64,000 bases of DNA from Octopus sinensis (Eukaryota). The stretch covers positions 51,026,001 through 51,090,000 of the forward strand of contig NC_043013.1 of assembly GCF_006345805.1 (NCBI RefSeq), written 5' to 3'. Positions 1 to 12,312 of the stretch are shown here, in pieces. The position numbers were made by a program, and so were the translations under genes. The notes beneath the pieces were generated by a model, which ran no database searches, was not told the DNA's origin, and was given only the letters and a program-made list of their open reading frames with translations. The first letter of the stretch is position 1; each line of letters begins with the position of its first letter.

Positions 1-547
1 CTTCTGAATATTTTCAGTTTCTCTCTTTCTTTATATATATATTTATATTATATAGAGGGTACTATTATTCATAGGTACTGCACGCTAGGAGGGACTTTTG
101 CTGTCAAAACTACAAAATTAAACAAATTGTACCGAATGCAAAACTTCAAAGCGAGTCATTTAAAAACAGAATTTAGTTACATATCACCTGTGATTTCGCA
201 ATCAATGCAGAATATGCATTCTATGCTCTTCAGTGCAACGAACGCAAGACATAAGAAAAAAAACAACATCACATACCCGACAACCAACCGTAGAATTCGC
301 CGCAGCATGTACGAATGTTTATCTTTACATATCTATGAAAATGGCGGGCTTTTTCGCAAATATATATACGAGTAGGTATGGACATGCGCGCTTTCGCGAA
401 CACTATGAACTTTTTTACCCCCTTATTTTTACTCCCTCCCCTCACTTAGCGGTCATTCTAATAGCTCTTTTGTCTTAATAACGGTCAATTACACAATTAT
501 TTCCCTTTGTTTAACGGTCATTTTCATAGCATTTTTTCCAATGGCCG

Positions 548-608
548 GATAACTGAAGAGATGGCGGCGTGGATTTCCACCTCGGCATCCGAAACTCGGA
601 GTTGTATC
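548..608 (+). ncRNA. Degenerate type-I hammerhead ribozyme motif in a PLE-like tail upstream of (TA)n
   Basis: GATAA-CTGAAGA-GATG..(GTGGA-TT-TCCAC)..CATC-C-GAAA-CTCGGAG-TT-GTATC. Core boxes are intact; stems I and II carry mismatches. Confidence 0.6.
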
Positions 609-723
609 ATGGCTACCGGATAATTGTCACATATTACATTTACAGATAAATTCCTCTATTTACATAATATCGAGGTTTCTTTCATTCTTTTGTTGTCTTA
701 CCATTTATATCAATATATATATA

Positions 724-766
<43 letters not shown>

Positions 767-874
767 ACTCTATGAATATTTTCTTTTATATATGTATGTA
801 TATTTATCAAGCTCGAGCGTGTTTATTTGTTATAATCCTATATATATTTACATGTATAGAACCCTGTATATTTT

Positions 875-923
<49 letters not shown>

Positions 924-1748
924 CACAAGCGTGTTTATTTGTATCATTATCTGTGTGTATGTGTGTGCGTGTATATATATATATATATATATTCACACAC
1001 GCACATACGTATTTCTGTAAGCAACGAGCCCTTAAGTGAGTCTTCCAAAACAAAGATTATATTTACTTCACACAAACGAACGTTCTCCATTTCACCGACT
1101 TTTGTCAAACGACATCATATATGTATTTCAAAATACAGTCTTAATCCCTTCTCTAATTAGAATCCCCTGCTATCATAAACAGCATGTTAGTTCGTTTCTT
1201 TCTTTCCCTATTCCCTATTCCTCTGACATATACGCGAGATATAGTGTCACTCTGGCTTTATTTAATATCTCCTTGCATCGTACAATGAATTCAAACAAAA
1301 GGTTTCTTAGCAGAACAGAACACATACAAGAGCAACAAGCGTACATTCATCCGTTCGCCTCTTACAAATATTACATATAATGCCGTATACGAATATGTCG
1401 GTATGATTTTTACTTAAATGGTTGACGAAACCTTTTCATATGATATCCATCAAAAACTTAGACTACAAAGTAAAACACACACCAAATCTTTATGATGCAT
1501 GACGGCATTCTGACCAAAATTCTTCACTTAATTTACCATTTCCGATGCGATAAGAATAAGTATCAAAGCATCACAATCTGGAATATATTAAGTTGGGTTA
1601 TTCTAGAAGTTTCTTACAGAAACATTGATTAGTTTTGAGATTTGGCCTCTTGTATTTCTCTCCTTCAATATCATATTATTCAGGGGACTCGATTTCATAT
1701 AGTTTTCAAATGACTGACTTTTGTGTGTGTGAGCGTTTGTCTTCTCAG

Positions 1749-1906
1749 CGCAGGCGTGGCTGGGAGGTAAGAAGTTTTCTTGCCAAGAAAATTGTTCCGG
1801 GTTCAGTTCCAATGCGTGGGACCTTAGGGAAGTGTTTTCTACTCTAGCCTCGGGCTGGCCAAAGCCTTGTGAGTGGATTTGTTAGGCGGAAACTGAAAGA
1901 TGCACG

Positions 1907-1952
<46 letters not shown>

Positions 1953-2170
1953 ATGTGTTTGTGTGTGTGTATACTTGTGTTTGCAACCCTACCGTGCCGT
2001 TTCACAACCGGTTTTGGTTTGTTTAAATCCCCGTGGCATAGCGGTTCGGCAAAAGAAACGACAGAATATGTACCAGACTTAAAAGAAAAAAAAAAACGAA
2101 AGTACTAAAAATTCTTCAAAGCTGTGCCCCAGCATGGCCGCAGTATAGCAACCGAAATCAGTAAAAGAAA
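1749..2170 (+). mobile_element. tRNA-derived SINE family B (CORE-like block, internal (GT)n)
   Basis: Head GCAGGCGTGGCT..GGTAAG..GGGTTCAGTTCC, block ACCTTAGGGAAGTGT, tail CCAGCATGGCCGCAGT; many copies in the window. Confidence 0.8.
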
Positions 2171-2330
2171 ATATGAAACATCTATCTCCCCACCCTTCCC
2201 TTGTAATTTGTATGCCATTTTGTATGTTTCTTTAACACACACACACACATATATCTATATAAGGTGGTGATCCAGCATGGCCGCAGTCAAATGACTGAAA
2301 CAAGTGAAAGAATATATATATATATATATA

Positions 2331-3720
2331 CTAGAGGAATTACCCGGTAATATCCGGAAAAGCGGAGGTTATTTCCAATTCTCGTTCCCTCTTCACTTTT
2401 TCATGTTGCAGTTTAAATTACAAATAGATTTATGAATACACGGTGACGTGGGATAGATTTACAAATACTGACATGTAATACAATTGAATCATAAAACTGA
2501 TTGATTGTAATGGTAAAAAAATTGAATTTGTGGATGATTGGAAGGATGAGAGTATTGACCACGTGCGACTATGTGACAATTGATGGTTGATTATTATCAG
2601 TTGCTCTGACATTGTGAAATTTTAAAATTACGTCAAAATTTTGAAATTTGATATATTGAAATAATTTTTCTCTGTTAAATCCGATTTTGTTATTTGTTCC
2701 AGAAAAATGACAGAAAAATGTTATTGAGGTTTAAAGTTTAATCAATTTTACCTAATCAGAAAACAGGATCTGGATGCTGGCATTTTATGCATGACAAAAT
2801 GAAAGCAAAATCATTCAGAGAAGGAATTTTTATTAAACAAACGAAAGCAAAGCATTGAGACGACGAAAGTTGTAAGAACTTCTGAAGTTCTGATAAGTTT
2901 TAATGAATAAGTCATGTGAAACGGTCGAACAAACATGTAAATAATTTTAAAAGGAAAAATAAAAACAAGAAATGTTTTCGCGGAAAATTTCACAAGATCA
3001 AGAGGCCTTTCTGTCGAAGGCATGGTCTGACATGGAATGAACAAAAAATTATATAAGACATTTTGTTGTAAAAATTGCCTGACAATGATGGGCTATTCAT
3101 CTATGGAAGAAAATGAAAGACATTATCTATAGTTTTATAGTATCAGTACATTGGTAAAGTTTTAATAAATCTTAATACAGTGATTTGAAAACAAATATAA
3201 AAACACTTTACCTTTCATTTGTTAGTTTTACATCTGTTGTTGGACATATTGTAAAAGTTTTGACTGAGCAGACGATAGCTAATTCACTAAAGTGTATGCG
3301 CTAAGTAATTGGTAAAAATTAAAGAACAAAGTATTAAAATTCGCTGTTCCCTTCAGTAAACACATTCTCTCACTTCCGTTCTGTCCCTGTCTGTCGTTCT
3401 CTCTCTCTGTGTTTCTCACATTCCCTGTCTCTCCCTGTCTCCTCTTCTTCCTTGATATTAACCACCTCATTATACTAACCACATTTCTCCCGAACCTAAC
3501 ACTCTTTGCACCCTTCTCATTTTATCATATAATAGCCCAACTCCAGTAAGTGGGGGGGGGGCATTATCGACTTTTATTGAAATCCAATTGTCCTATAATT
3601 GAACTGGATGTTAGTTTAACATCTATGCAAAGTTTCGTGAAGATTGGTTCGCTGGTATAGGCAACAAGATGGTAACAGACAGACAGAAATTGTCACACAC
3701 ACACATACATAAATATATAT
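2331..3720 (-). mobile_element. Non-autonomous Helitron-like element (5' end approximate)
   Basis: Minus-strand 3' end is a CCGG-ATATTA-CCGG hairpin followed by CTAG|T at 2331-2334, the same end architecture as 4067 and 32993. Confidence 0.5.
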
Positions 3721-3773
3721 ATATACTATTATTTCTAAATCTCTCAGAGAGAGACATACAGTAACATTTCTTT

Positions 3774-4050
3774 AAAGTAAAATTTAATTGCCAACATAAT
3801 ATGGCTATCCTGGAAAGGACGTTGTTGCTGTTGATTAGCCCCAAGAAGCATCGTTTCTAGCTGGCTGTACGACACTGTGTCCTTATATTGTTTTGTGGTA
3901 GGTGGGGATGCTGAATTCCCAGTTCGAAAATATAAGGACACCTATAGTGTGTCGTACAGCCAGCTAGAAACGATGTTTCTTGAGGCTAATGAACAGTAAC
4001 GACGTCCCTTCTAGGACAGCTATATTATGCTGGAAAATAACCTTTACTTT
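3774..4050. repeat. Long imperfect inverted repeat (~115-120 bp arms)
   Basis: 3774-3889 is the reverse complement of 3929-4050 (e.g. CATCGTTTCTAGCTGGCTGTACGACAC / GTGTCGTACAGCCAGCTAGAAACGATG). Confidence 0.9.
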
Positions 4051-4066
4051 ACTTTATATATATATA

Positions 4067-4462
4067 CTAGCAGTATCGCCCGGCGTTGTCGGGTTTGTAA
4101 GGGAAATAACTATATAAGCAATTTTAGAGAGGTATAGCCAAAAAATAGCCAAAAAATGCATTAAAAATGAAAAAAAAATGATGGTAAATTTTTAAAAATT
4201 GTTGACTCATCGTAGACATTTTTAGAGAGTTACTTCCCTTATATAATAGCGAAAAAAATGCATTAAAATGGAAAAAAATGATGGTAAATTTTTTTTTAAA
4301 TCGTAGACTCATCGTAGACTCGCGCTAATACCCAGAAGGGTTCGATATGAATCACGACTATAAGATACCCGGTTTTGGTTAAACTGCACCGCAAAATGTG
4401 GGAGTAGTTAGGAATCTAAATCGTAGGAGACAGACACATAACTTCACTTTTATATATAAAGA
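4067..4462 (-). mobile_element. Non-autonomous Helitron
   Basis: Minus strand: A|TCTTTATATATAAAAG 5' end; 3' hairpin CCCG-ACAACGC-CGGG then CTAG|T; no TSD; internal short duplications. Confidence 0.8.
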
Positions 4463-4488
4463 TAAAGTCGTTAGTACAGTATTATATA

Positions 4489-4622
4489 TTTGAAAAATGA
4501 ATAGAAATGGATTTTCCGATAATTTTTTCCCTTTAATAATTAACAATTAGATGACTTATAAGCATTTAATTATTAAAGTGGAAAAATTATCAGAATAGTC
4601 ATTTATATTCATTTTTTCAAAA
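4489..4622. repeat. AT-rich inverted repeat (~55 bp arms)
   Basis: TTTGAAAAATGAATA..GATAATTTTTTCCCTTTAATAATTAA versus TTAATTATTAAAGTGGAAAAATTATC..TATTCATTTTTTCAAA. Confidence 0.75.
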
Positions 4623-4716
4623 CACACACACACACAGTGATGCAAAAAAGAAACTGGACTCAGAATATGAGTATATGTATAGTTTTATTAATATGTAGCA
4701 GAGGCAAAAGAGTGAC

Positions 4717-4760
4717 TCAAGGACCGATAGTTTCGTCCGTTGGAACTTATCAAACATTGA
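4717..4760 (-). ncRNA. Degenerate hammerhead ribozyme motif
   Basis: Minus strand TCAATGT-TTGATAA-GTTC-CAAC-GGAC-GAAA-CTATCGG-TC-CTTGA. Core reads U3/A8, the cleavage triplet is GUC, and stem I is imperfect. Confidence 0.45.
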
Positions 4761-5184
4761 TAAATGCCGCGAAGGGACGATGAAGCATCGTGAAAACAGG
4801 GTGGCTCGAAACAGTTGAGTTTTAAAATTTCAAGACTCCCAATTTTTCGCATGCTATCATCCTTTTTTATTTTTGTTGTTGTTGGCCTCAAAAACCCACA
4901 CCACTCCTACACATTCATTTGCTAATCATACTTGTACAAGTGTGACTGGCCGATAGAAATATGCGGGTATAACAGTTGGCCGTGAATGTGCTGTCGGTAT
5001 TTTTCGCTTCTCATTTGTTTTGTAACCAGTTGATCAACTGATTCCCCATATTTTCATGTGCACTGTCTCTATTAAGTTGTGGTTTTCGGGGTTGCGAGTT
5101 TATGGGTAGTGCAGTTCATAGTCCGAAAATTACAGTACACAAATGTATGTTATTTTTTTCATGCTGATTATCCAGCGTTTTATA

Positions 5185-5406
5185 CAGGACCTAAGAAGCA
5201 TCAGATGTGGTGTGCAAAAGTGATGACTGCGCTGGTATGATCATGTGGGGAGAATGGATGAGGATAGCTGTGTGAAAAAGTACCACATCCTAGGGAACTT
5301 GTGGGAGAGGTAGACCCAGGAAGACCTGGGATGAGGTGGTGAAGCATGGCCTTCGAACATTAGGCCTCACCGAGGCAATGACTGAAACCTTTGGAAATAT
5401 GCAGTG
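5185..5406 (+). pseudogene. RTE-clade LINE ORF 3' end relic
   Basis: Translates with stops and frameshifts to LRWYDHVGRMDEDSCVKK...GTCGRGRPRKTWDEVVKHGLRTLGL, the typical RTE C-terminal LRW.GHV.RM...GRPRK.W motif. Confidence 0.85.
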
Positions 5407-5859
5407 CAACGAAAAAACTGTAAGGAGACCGGCTCGTGAAAATTTTTGGAAAGTTTATGAAGTACTCTAAATAAAAGTTAGCACTATAGGGCAATGACGA
5501 TCTTTTTCTGTTTTTCAGAATCACTAATGCCGGTGTCACAATGCAAAAACTGACAGAGACATCGACCGAAGCCTTTAGTCATATCTCCTCGAAGCAGGAC
5601 AATATTTTTAGTGCTTGTGCCCTTCATAAAATCATCCATTGCGTTCTGTAAAGCGGAATGAGTTAGGGAGGGCATAAGATTAAATTGACTATACAGAAAT
5701 GAAATGTACGGGCGAAATGTTGTTCTCTGATCTGACAGTATTTAGGGGGGCAGTACTTCCGAAAAAAGGACTGCCTGCGATGGTCACAACACATCCAACC
5801 CCTGCCTGCAAGAAAAATGATCGTAAGTGATGATACGGACGTATATGACACAAGGTACC

Positions 5860-6004
5860 GGCCGTTCGGGCAGTCGCCCGGGGCGCCATGTGCTAAGGAG
5901 CGCCAAGGAGGGCGTGACAAAGACGAGGGAATTTTCACGACGTCAGCTTGTACACGCCGAAATTCAGTTTGCCTGGGGCGCCAGCAACCCTAGGGCCGGC
6001 TCTG
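5860..6004. mobile_element. hAT-like MITE terminal fragment
   Basis: GC-rich end GGGGCGCC..CCCTAGGGCCGGCTCTG resembles CAGGGCCGG-type TIRs; the partner end was not found. Confidence 0.4.
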
Positions 6005-6448
6005 ATGACACACATATACACATGCATATATGTACGCATATGTGAATACATACATATATATATATATACATATATATATAATTCACATATACGTGTATAT
6101 ATGCATATACATATGTTTCTGTGTGCGGTCCTATACATTCATATACAGACACACTTTTGTTCAAATGTACATGTGTGTGTGTGTGTGTGTGCGTGAATGC
6201 GAGTGCGTATATGTATGTGCGTGCTAGTATGTGTGCGCAACTGTGTGTGTGTATTTGTGTGTATGTGTATTAGACCATGTGTGCGTGTCTGTGTGTGTGT
6301 TTGTGTACGAGTGCGTGTGTTTACGTGCGTGTGAGGGTCCGTGCGTGCTCTCGTGTACACACGCAAATACGTGTTTGAGTATGTGAGTGCGTGCGTGTGT
6401 TGACCTCTGTCTGTCTGTCTCTCACTCTCTCCGCCCGTCCGTCCGTCC

Positions 6449-6488
<40 letters not shown>

Positions 6489-6950
6489 GCTATGTCAGCC
6501 CACTGATTCATTGCCTCAACTCCTTTTAAAAAATCAAAATCAAATTCAAAATAAACAAAACAATTAAAATCTACGGCATATCCAGGTCAGATGAGATAAC
6601 AATCACAGAGCAATGGTTATATAAACTCCGCCGGGAATTACTCTGACGGATTAAGCAAGAACTTTCACGTGTAATCGGAACTTGTGTTATCACAACATTC
6701 ACTCACCCCCCTCCACATTTGACTTAGTAAAACATATCAAACTCTAACAATGACGTTAAATACAGACCCAGTGTTCACAGCACTTATATATATATGCACC
6801 GATACATAAATAGATACATACATACAGACGTAGGGAAGTGGGTGAAGTGCCATGCTATATCTTTTATGGATCGCTGCGTCTCGGTTTCAAGTCTCACTCA
6901 GGTTAAACTTTTCTTTCGTCACTTTTTTTTTTTTTTTTAAATGTCGATTA

Positions 6951-7583
6951 AGGCAGTAAGCTGACAGAATTGTTAACACACCGGGCAACATGCCTAGCGG
7001 TATTTTGTCTGCCGCTACGTTCCGAGTTCAAATTCTGCCGATGTCGACTTTGCCTTTTATCCTTTCGGGGTCGATTAAATAAGTACCTGTTACACACTGG
7101 GGTCGATGTAGTCGACTTAATCCGTTTGTCTGTCCTTGTTTGTTCTCTCTGTGTTTAGCCCCTTGTGGGTAATAAAGAAATAGGTATTTCGTCTGCCGCT
7201 ACGTTCTGAGTTCAAATTCCGCCTAGCTCGACTTTGCCTTTATATACTTAGGGGTAGATAAAATAAGTACCAGTTGCGTACTGGGGGGTCGATGTAATCG
7301 ACTACCCCCTTCCCCAACAAACTTCAGGCCGTGTGCCTATAGTAAAAGCGATTATTATTGTCGTTGCTAAGGTCGCAGGTTGGCCGAGCCGTTAACACGC
7401 GGGCAAAATGTTTAGCGGCATTTCGTCCGTCTTTACTTTCTGAGTTCGAACTCCGCCGAGGTCGACTTTGCCATTCATCTTTTTGGGGTCACTGAAATAA
7501 GTACCAATTGTGTACTGGGGTCGATATAATCGATTTGTTCCCTCCCCCAGAATTTCAGGCCTTGTGTCTATAGTAGAAAGGAT
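6951..7583 (+). mobile_element. Two adjacent tRNA-derived SINEs, family A (Meta-domain-like)
   Basis: A-box-like head, B-box GAGTTCAAATTC, block GCCTTTCATCCTTTCGGGGTCGATAAA-TAAGTACCAG and an (ATT)n tail; the first copy has two internal units. Confidence 0.85.
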
Positions 7584-8587
7584 TTGAAGTGTCGATTAAA
7601 AAATATCAACGAAGACCGGTGGAATCGTTAAAGCGTCGGATGAGACTCGATACTGTGTGGAATTTATTTCTTGTGGCATTTAGTGTGTATTCTGAGTTCA
7701 AATTCCACTGTGGCCAGATAAAGAATACTGGTGAAGTATTCAAATAAATACAGTAACCCAGTGTAAGCAAAGCAGGCCAGATATTGTTTCATGGAACAAG
7801 AATAAAAATCATTCACTGCTGTAGAAATGTGAAGGTTTTGCTAAAAATTAGAGAAAAGGAGAACACCTATGGGAAACCGATGACAAACCTACAGCTCATA
7901 TATCCAGGTCATAGGTGTTTTCGTATTATCAGTTACCAGATATGCATTGGGTTATTTAATAAAAACTTTGTAACGTTGAGATCTTTCAGGAACGAACAAA
8001 GCAAACTGGTTCGCAGTTTTCAAATATAACCAACTACAGTGAAAATTTGTAAAACATTCCAGGGATGTATCATGTCAGGTTCCTGGAAATGAACATTTAC
8101 GCAGAATCACATGTATATATATCTACAAATATATTTCAATATCTTGGCCTTTCTCCTGATGTGTATTCCTGAAATCTTCATCTGTTCCACCTCTTACCGA
8201 TCCGATTATCTTTCATCTTCTCTAAGCCTCCATCTCATATTCCCTGTACCATCTCACTCATCACACTGCACTTACCACCAACCATTTTTGCAACTATCAA
8301 TCACTCGCCTTCTCTCTTTTTCGCCAGCAAATATCTCTTAAGTCTCTCTCTCTCTATCTCTCCCATCACGATTCCCATTTAACGAGGGACTGAATCGTAT
8401 TTATTGATATCTAATCCACCCCTTCGTTTACTTTCTTGGGCTGCCTACCATCGCTTCCCCCCACACATAAATGGGGAATCATGCACCCTTGTATTCTAAA
8501 GGGACATGCACGTACACCCAACACATAGATACAACTCTGACTATACACCCACCAATTCGGGAGACCACAAAACCCCAAGAAATGGTT

Positions 8588-8712
8588 TTACTCTTTTACT
8601 CGTTTACTTGTTTCAGTTATTTGACTGTGGCCATGCTGGAGCACCGCCTTTAGTCGAACAAATCGACCCCAGGACTTATTCTTTGTAAGCCTGGTACTTA
8701 TTCTATCGGCAG
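8588..8712 (-). mobile_element. SINE family B 3' fragment
   Basis: Reverse complement of the tail GGCGGTGCTCCAGCATGGCCACAGTCAAATAACTGAAACAAGTAAA. Confidence 0.75.
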
Positions 8713-8969
8713 AACTAAGCGTAGAAAATTAAATGCTGACGTTATGCGTCACATCTTCTCATTTAGGTCTATCTACATTTTCTATATTGGAGCCAATTTT
8801 AGCCCCGTTGTCTAACGGCTTGCAGAAAATGCTGAGTGAGTTTCTTTAATTTTCATCACTTCATCCCTGATGAACAGACTAAGTGGTCTGTATTTGTTTT
8901 GTATTAATACGGAGATCTCATGTCTCCAGGAGTCTCATTAATTGGTTTCACTATACGCTTTTTCAATAC

Positions 8970-9003
<34 letters not shown>

Positions 9004-9591
9004 TCTCTCTCTCTTTTTCTATGTTTATGGGACAAGTCTGTAATAATATTTTTCTTGGAAAAAGTGACACGTGCATCGTGACATATTTTCAACTGCTTGA
9101 GATAATCGATTCCTCTGTGTGCACGTGTGTATGTACACACACATAGGCATAAACAAAAATATATATGTACAACACATACATATAAACACATTCATACATG
9201 CAAAGCCGTGGTGTCGAAATTGTGATGGTGTTTGGTTGATAACTGATGAGGGTATGAGCATGCTTGCATCTGTTGAGTGTATGTATTTCTTCATCCTACC
9301 TATAAATTCCATTGTCATCCTCCTGTGCCATATGTGTGAGTGTGTATATTGACACTGATGCACACACACACACACACACACACACCTATACTTATAAATA
9401 CATTTGCATATATATGTACACACATGTAAACATTATATGCGCATACATAAATATATGCATATATACACATATGTGCACACTTATACACAAGTACATACAT
9501 ATATGTATGTATGTGTATGAAAAAGCATGTCTATATATTATACATACGAGAGAGAGAATTTGTGTATGAATTTAAGTGCGAGCGTGCCTAC

Positions 9592-9659
<68 letters not shown>

Positions 9660-9993
9660 ATATGCTGCTATATTCTACACACCTGGTGCCTAATTCCTAC
9701 CTTGACACTTTTCTCTTGTATTATATTCCCAAGTCTCTGATGCTGTGAAAGGAAACTTTCTCGGTTGTAATTTGATAAAATCGTCACGAAATACCATCAC
9801 TACCACCAACACTTTCGTCACTGCAACAACTGCAGTTTATACGGCGAATTTACAATCTCTATCACCGCCATCATCACGATCAGTATCGCTGCCAACATCA
9901 CTAAGAAAGCCACTACAACCGTGACCATCACCGTCACTACTGCAATTCCTATCACCTCCACTACCTTAACAGGAACAAGAATATTATAAACTA

Positions 9994-10578
9994 AGGCGCG
10001 GCGAGCTGGCAGAATCGTTAGCACGCCGGGCGAAATGCGTTGCCGTATTTCGTCTGCCGTTACGTTCTGAGTTCAAATTCCGCCGAGGTCGACTTTGCCT
10101 TTCATCCTTTCGGGGTTGATTAAATAAGTACTAGTTACGCACTGGGGTCGATATAATCGACTTAATCCCTTTGTCCTTGTTTGTCCTCTCTGTGTGTAGC
10201 CCCTTGTGGGTAGTAAAGAAACGGGTATTTCGCCTGCCGCCACGTTCTGAGTTCAAATTCCGCCAAGGTCGACTTTGTCTTTCATCCTTTCGGGGTCGAT
10301 TAAATAAGTACCAGTTACGCACTGGGGTCGATGTAATCGACTTAATCCGTTTGTCTGCCTTTGTTTGTCTCCTCTGTGTGTAGCCCCTTGTGGGTAGTAA
10401 AGAAATAGGTATTTTGCCTGCTGCTATGTTCTGAGTTCAAATTCCGCCGAGGTCGACTTTGCCGTTCATCCTTTCGGGGTTGATAAATTAAGTACCTGTT
10501 GCATATTGGAGTCAATCTAATCGACTGGCCCCACTCCCTAAAAAATTTCGGGCCTGTGCCCTGAGTAGAAAAGAATAT
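9994..10578 (+). mobile_element. SINE family A with three tandem ~181-bp internal units
   Basis: Head GGCGAGCTGGCAGAATCGTTAGC; the unit restarts at ~10046, ~10226 and ~10409. Confidence 0.9.
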
Positions 10579-10599
10579 CACAAACTTCACTCCGTCCAC

Positions 10600-11270
10600 G
10601 ACCAACATCAACAAAACCATTGTCCCCATCACCACCACTACCACCACCAATACTACTACTACTATTACTACCACCACCGATACTACTACTACTACTATTA
10701 CAACTACCACCTCCACTGCTACTACTACCACCACCACCATAATGGCGTATATGATAAGTGTACTGTTTTCTCCTTTAACCACTGTCACGACTACAACCTA
10801 TACCAATAAGAGGGGTACCACTACACTGATGCAGATGATACTGACTGTGATGACAACCGTAATCACCACCTGCACTACTGCCAATACTACACCACCATTA
10901 CAATCAATACCACTACCACCACCTGTACCACCAGAATCACAACATCAAACCACCGCCGCCAAACAACCAATACCGTCAACACTACACCACCATCATCACC
11001 AGTGCCAAACCACCACCACTGCCTTCAGTATCGCAACTACCACCTCCAACACCACAATTAATACAACTACCACCACCACAATTAGTACAGCCACCACCAC
11101 CACCACCACCACCACCACCACCGTTACAAACACCATCACCGCCAGCATCACTATTACGATCACCATTTGTAAGGCAACCACTGTCACCACCACATCCAGT
11201 ATCACCATCATTACCACCACCACCACCACTGCAATTACCACCGCCGCCGCCGCCGCCGTCACCACCACAG
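10600..11270. repeat. Degenerate (ACC/ACT/ACA)n trinucleotide low-complexity tract
   Basis: Runs of ACCACC and ACTACT give the poly-Thr and poly-Val ORFs in the track. Confidence 0.85.
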
Positions 11271-11844
11271 TAGTGTATATTGCAGGTGTACTGCAAGCTT
11301 GAAGAACACCTCTAGTGATATAATTGTATTTTCGCAGGACAGTTGTGAGGTGGGGGGGGGAGTGAAGGGGAGGAGTGAAGGGCGAGGAAATAGAGTGTGA
11401 ACAGCATACACAAACAACACATACACATATCAATATATATATATATATACTTGTATCAGACATACATATACACACGCACATTGCATACTTATAACGACAA
11501 ACACAGACAGACACGGCAATGGATAATTATAACAACATACAGAACAATACGTAATTATAAACGACACGCACAGCAATGCATACTTCTAATCACACACACA
11601 CACACACACCACACACGTGACGAACGCACGAAACCGCGTTGGTATAAGTAAACGAACGGATCTTCGTCGGTGTCAACGATGAACGACCTGATTAGTGGAT
11701 CAAATGAATTAATTAAGCACAGATGCCTTGGCCTGTATGCAGGCAAGAAACACTTCACTGCTGACCATTAAATCATCAACGGACACAATCCAGCCTCTGA
11801 TCCACTCCAATGCTTTGTCTTCCCTTTGTCTTTTCTGTCACTGC

Positions 11845-12005
11845 TGTAGCTTAGTGGTTAAGGCATTCGGCTCACGATCGCAAGGACGTGAGTTCGATTC
11901 CCGGAAGCGCGTTGTGTCCTTGAGAAGATACTTTATTTCATGTTACTCAAGTCCATTCAGCTGGCAATAATGAATTGTACCTGTAATTCACAGAGTACAC
12001 CTTGT

Positions 12006-12054
<49 letters not shown>

Positions 12055-12312
12055 CCACACGATAAGCACATAGGTGCAAAACAAGGTGAAAGGTGGAGAA
12101 GTAGTACTCGAATACCAAAGGCAGAGTAATATACAATTATATATGTGTGTATGTGTGTGTGTGTGTGTGTAGTCACCCCGAATCTCCTTGAGAACTACGT
12201 TAAATGTACACGTGTCTGTGGAGTGCTCAGCCACTTGTACATTAATTTCATGAGCAGGCTGTTCCGTTGATTGTATCAATTGGAACGCTCATCGTCGTAA
12301 CCGACGGAATAC
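11845..12312 (+). mobile_element. tRNA-derived CORE-type SINE family C, interrupted by (CA)n and a foreign fragment
   Basis: TAGCTTAGTGGTTAAGG..GAGTTCGATTCCC..TTGTGTCCTTGAG; the 3' part (GTCTGTGGAGTGCTCAGCCACTTG..CGTCGTAACCGACGGA) matches the 52879-53203 copy. Confidence 0.8.

Noticed and set aside
8866-8895. CTGATGA followed by the hairpin ACAGAC/GTCTGT
   Set aside because: No GAAA or cleavage strand follows; at most a truncated relic.
9994-10578. Regular repeats suggesting a CRISPR array
   Set aside because: The units are ~181-bp SINE internal duplications without unique spacers, and the context is eukaryotic with no cas genes.
10742-11302. 186-aa Thr-rich (mucin-like) ORF and its antisense Val- and Gly-rich ORFs
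   Set aside because: Product of an (ACC/ACT)n low-complexity tract; open in several frames, with no domain or splice evidence.
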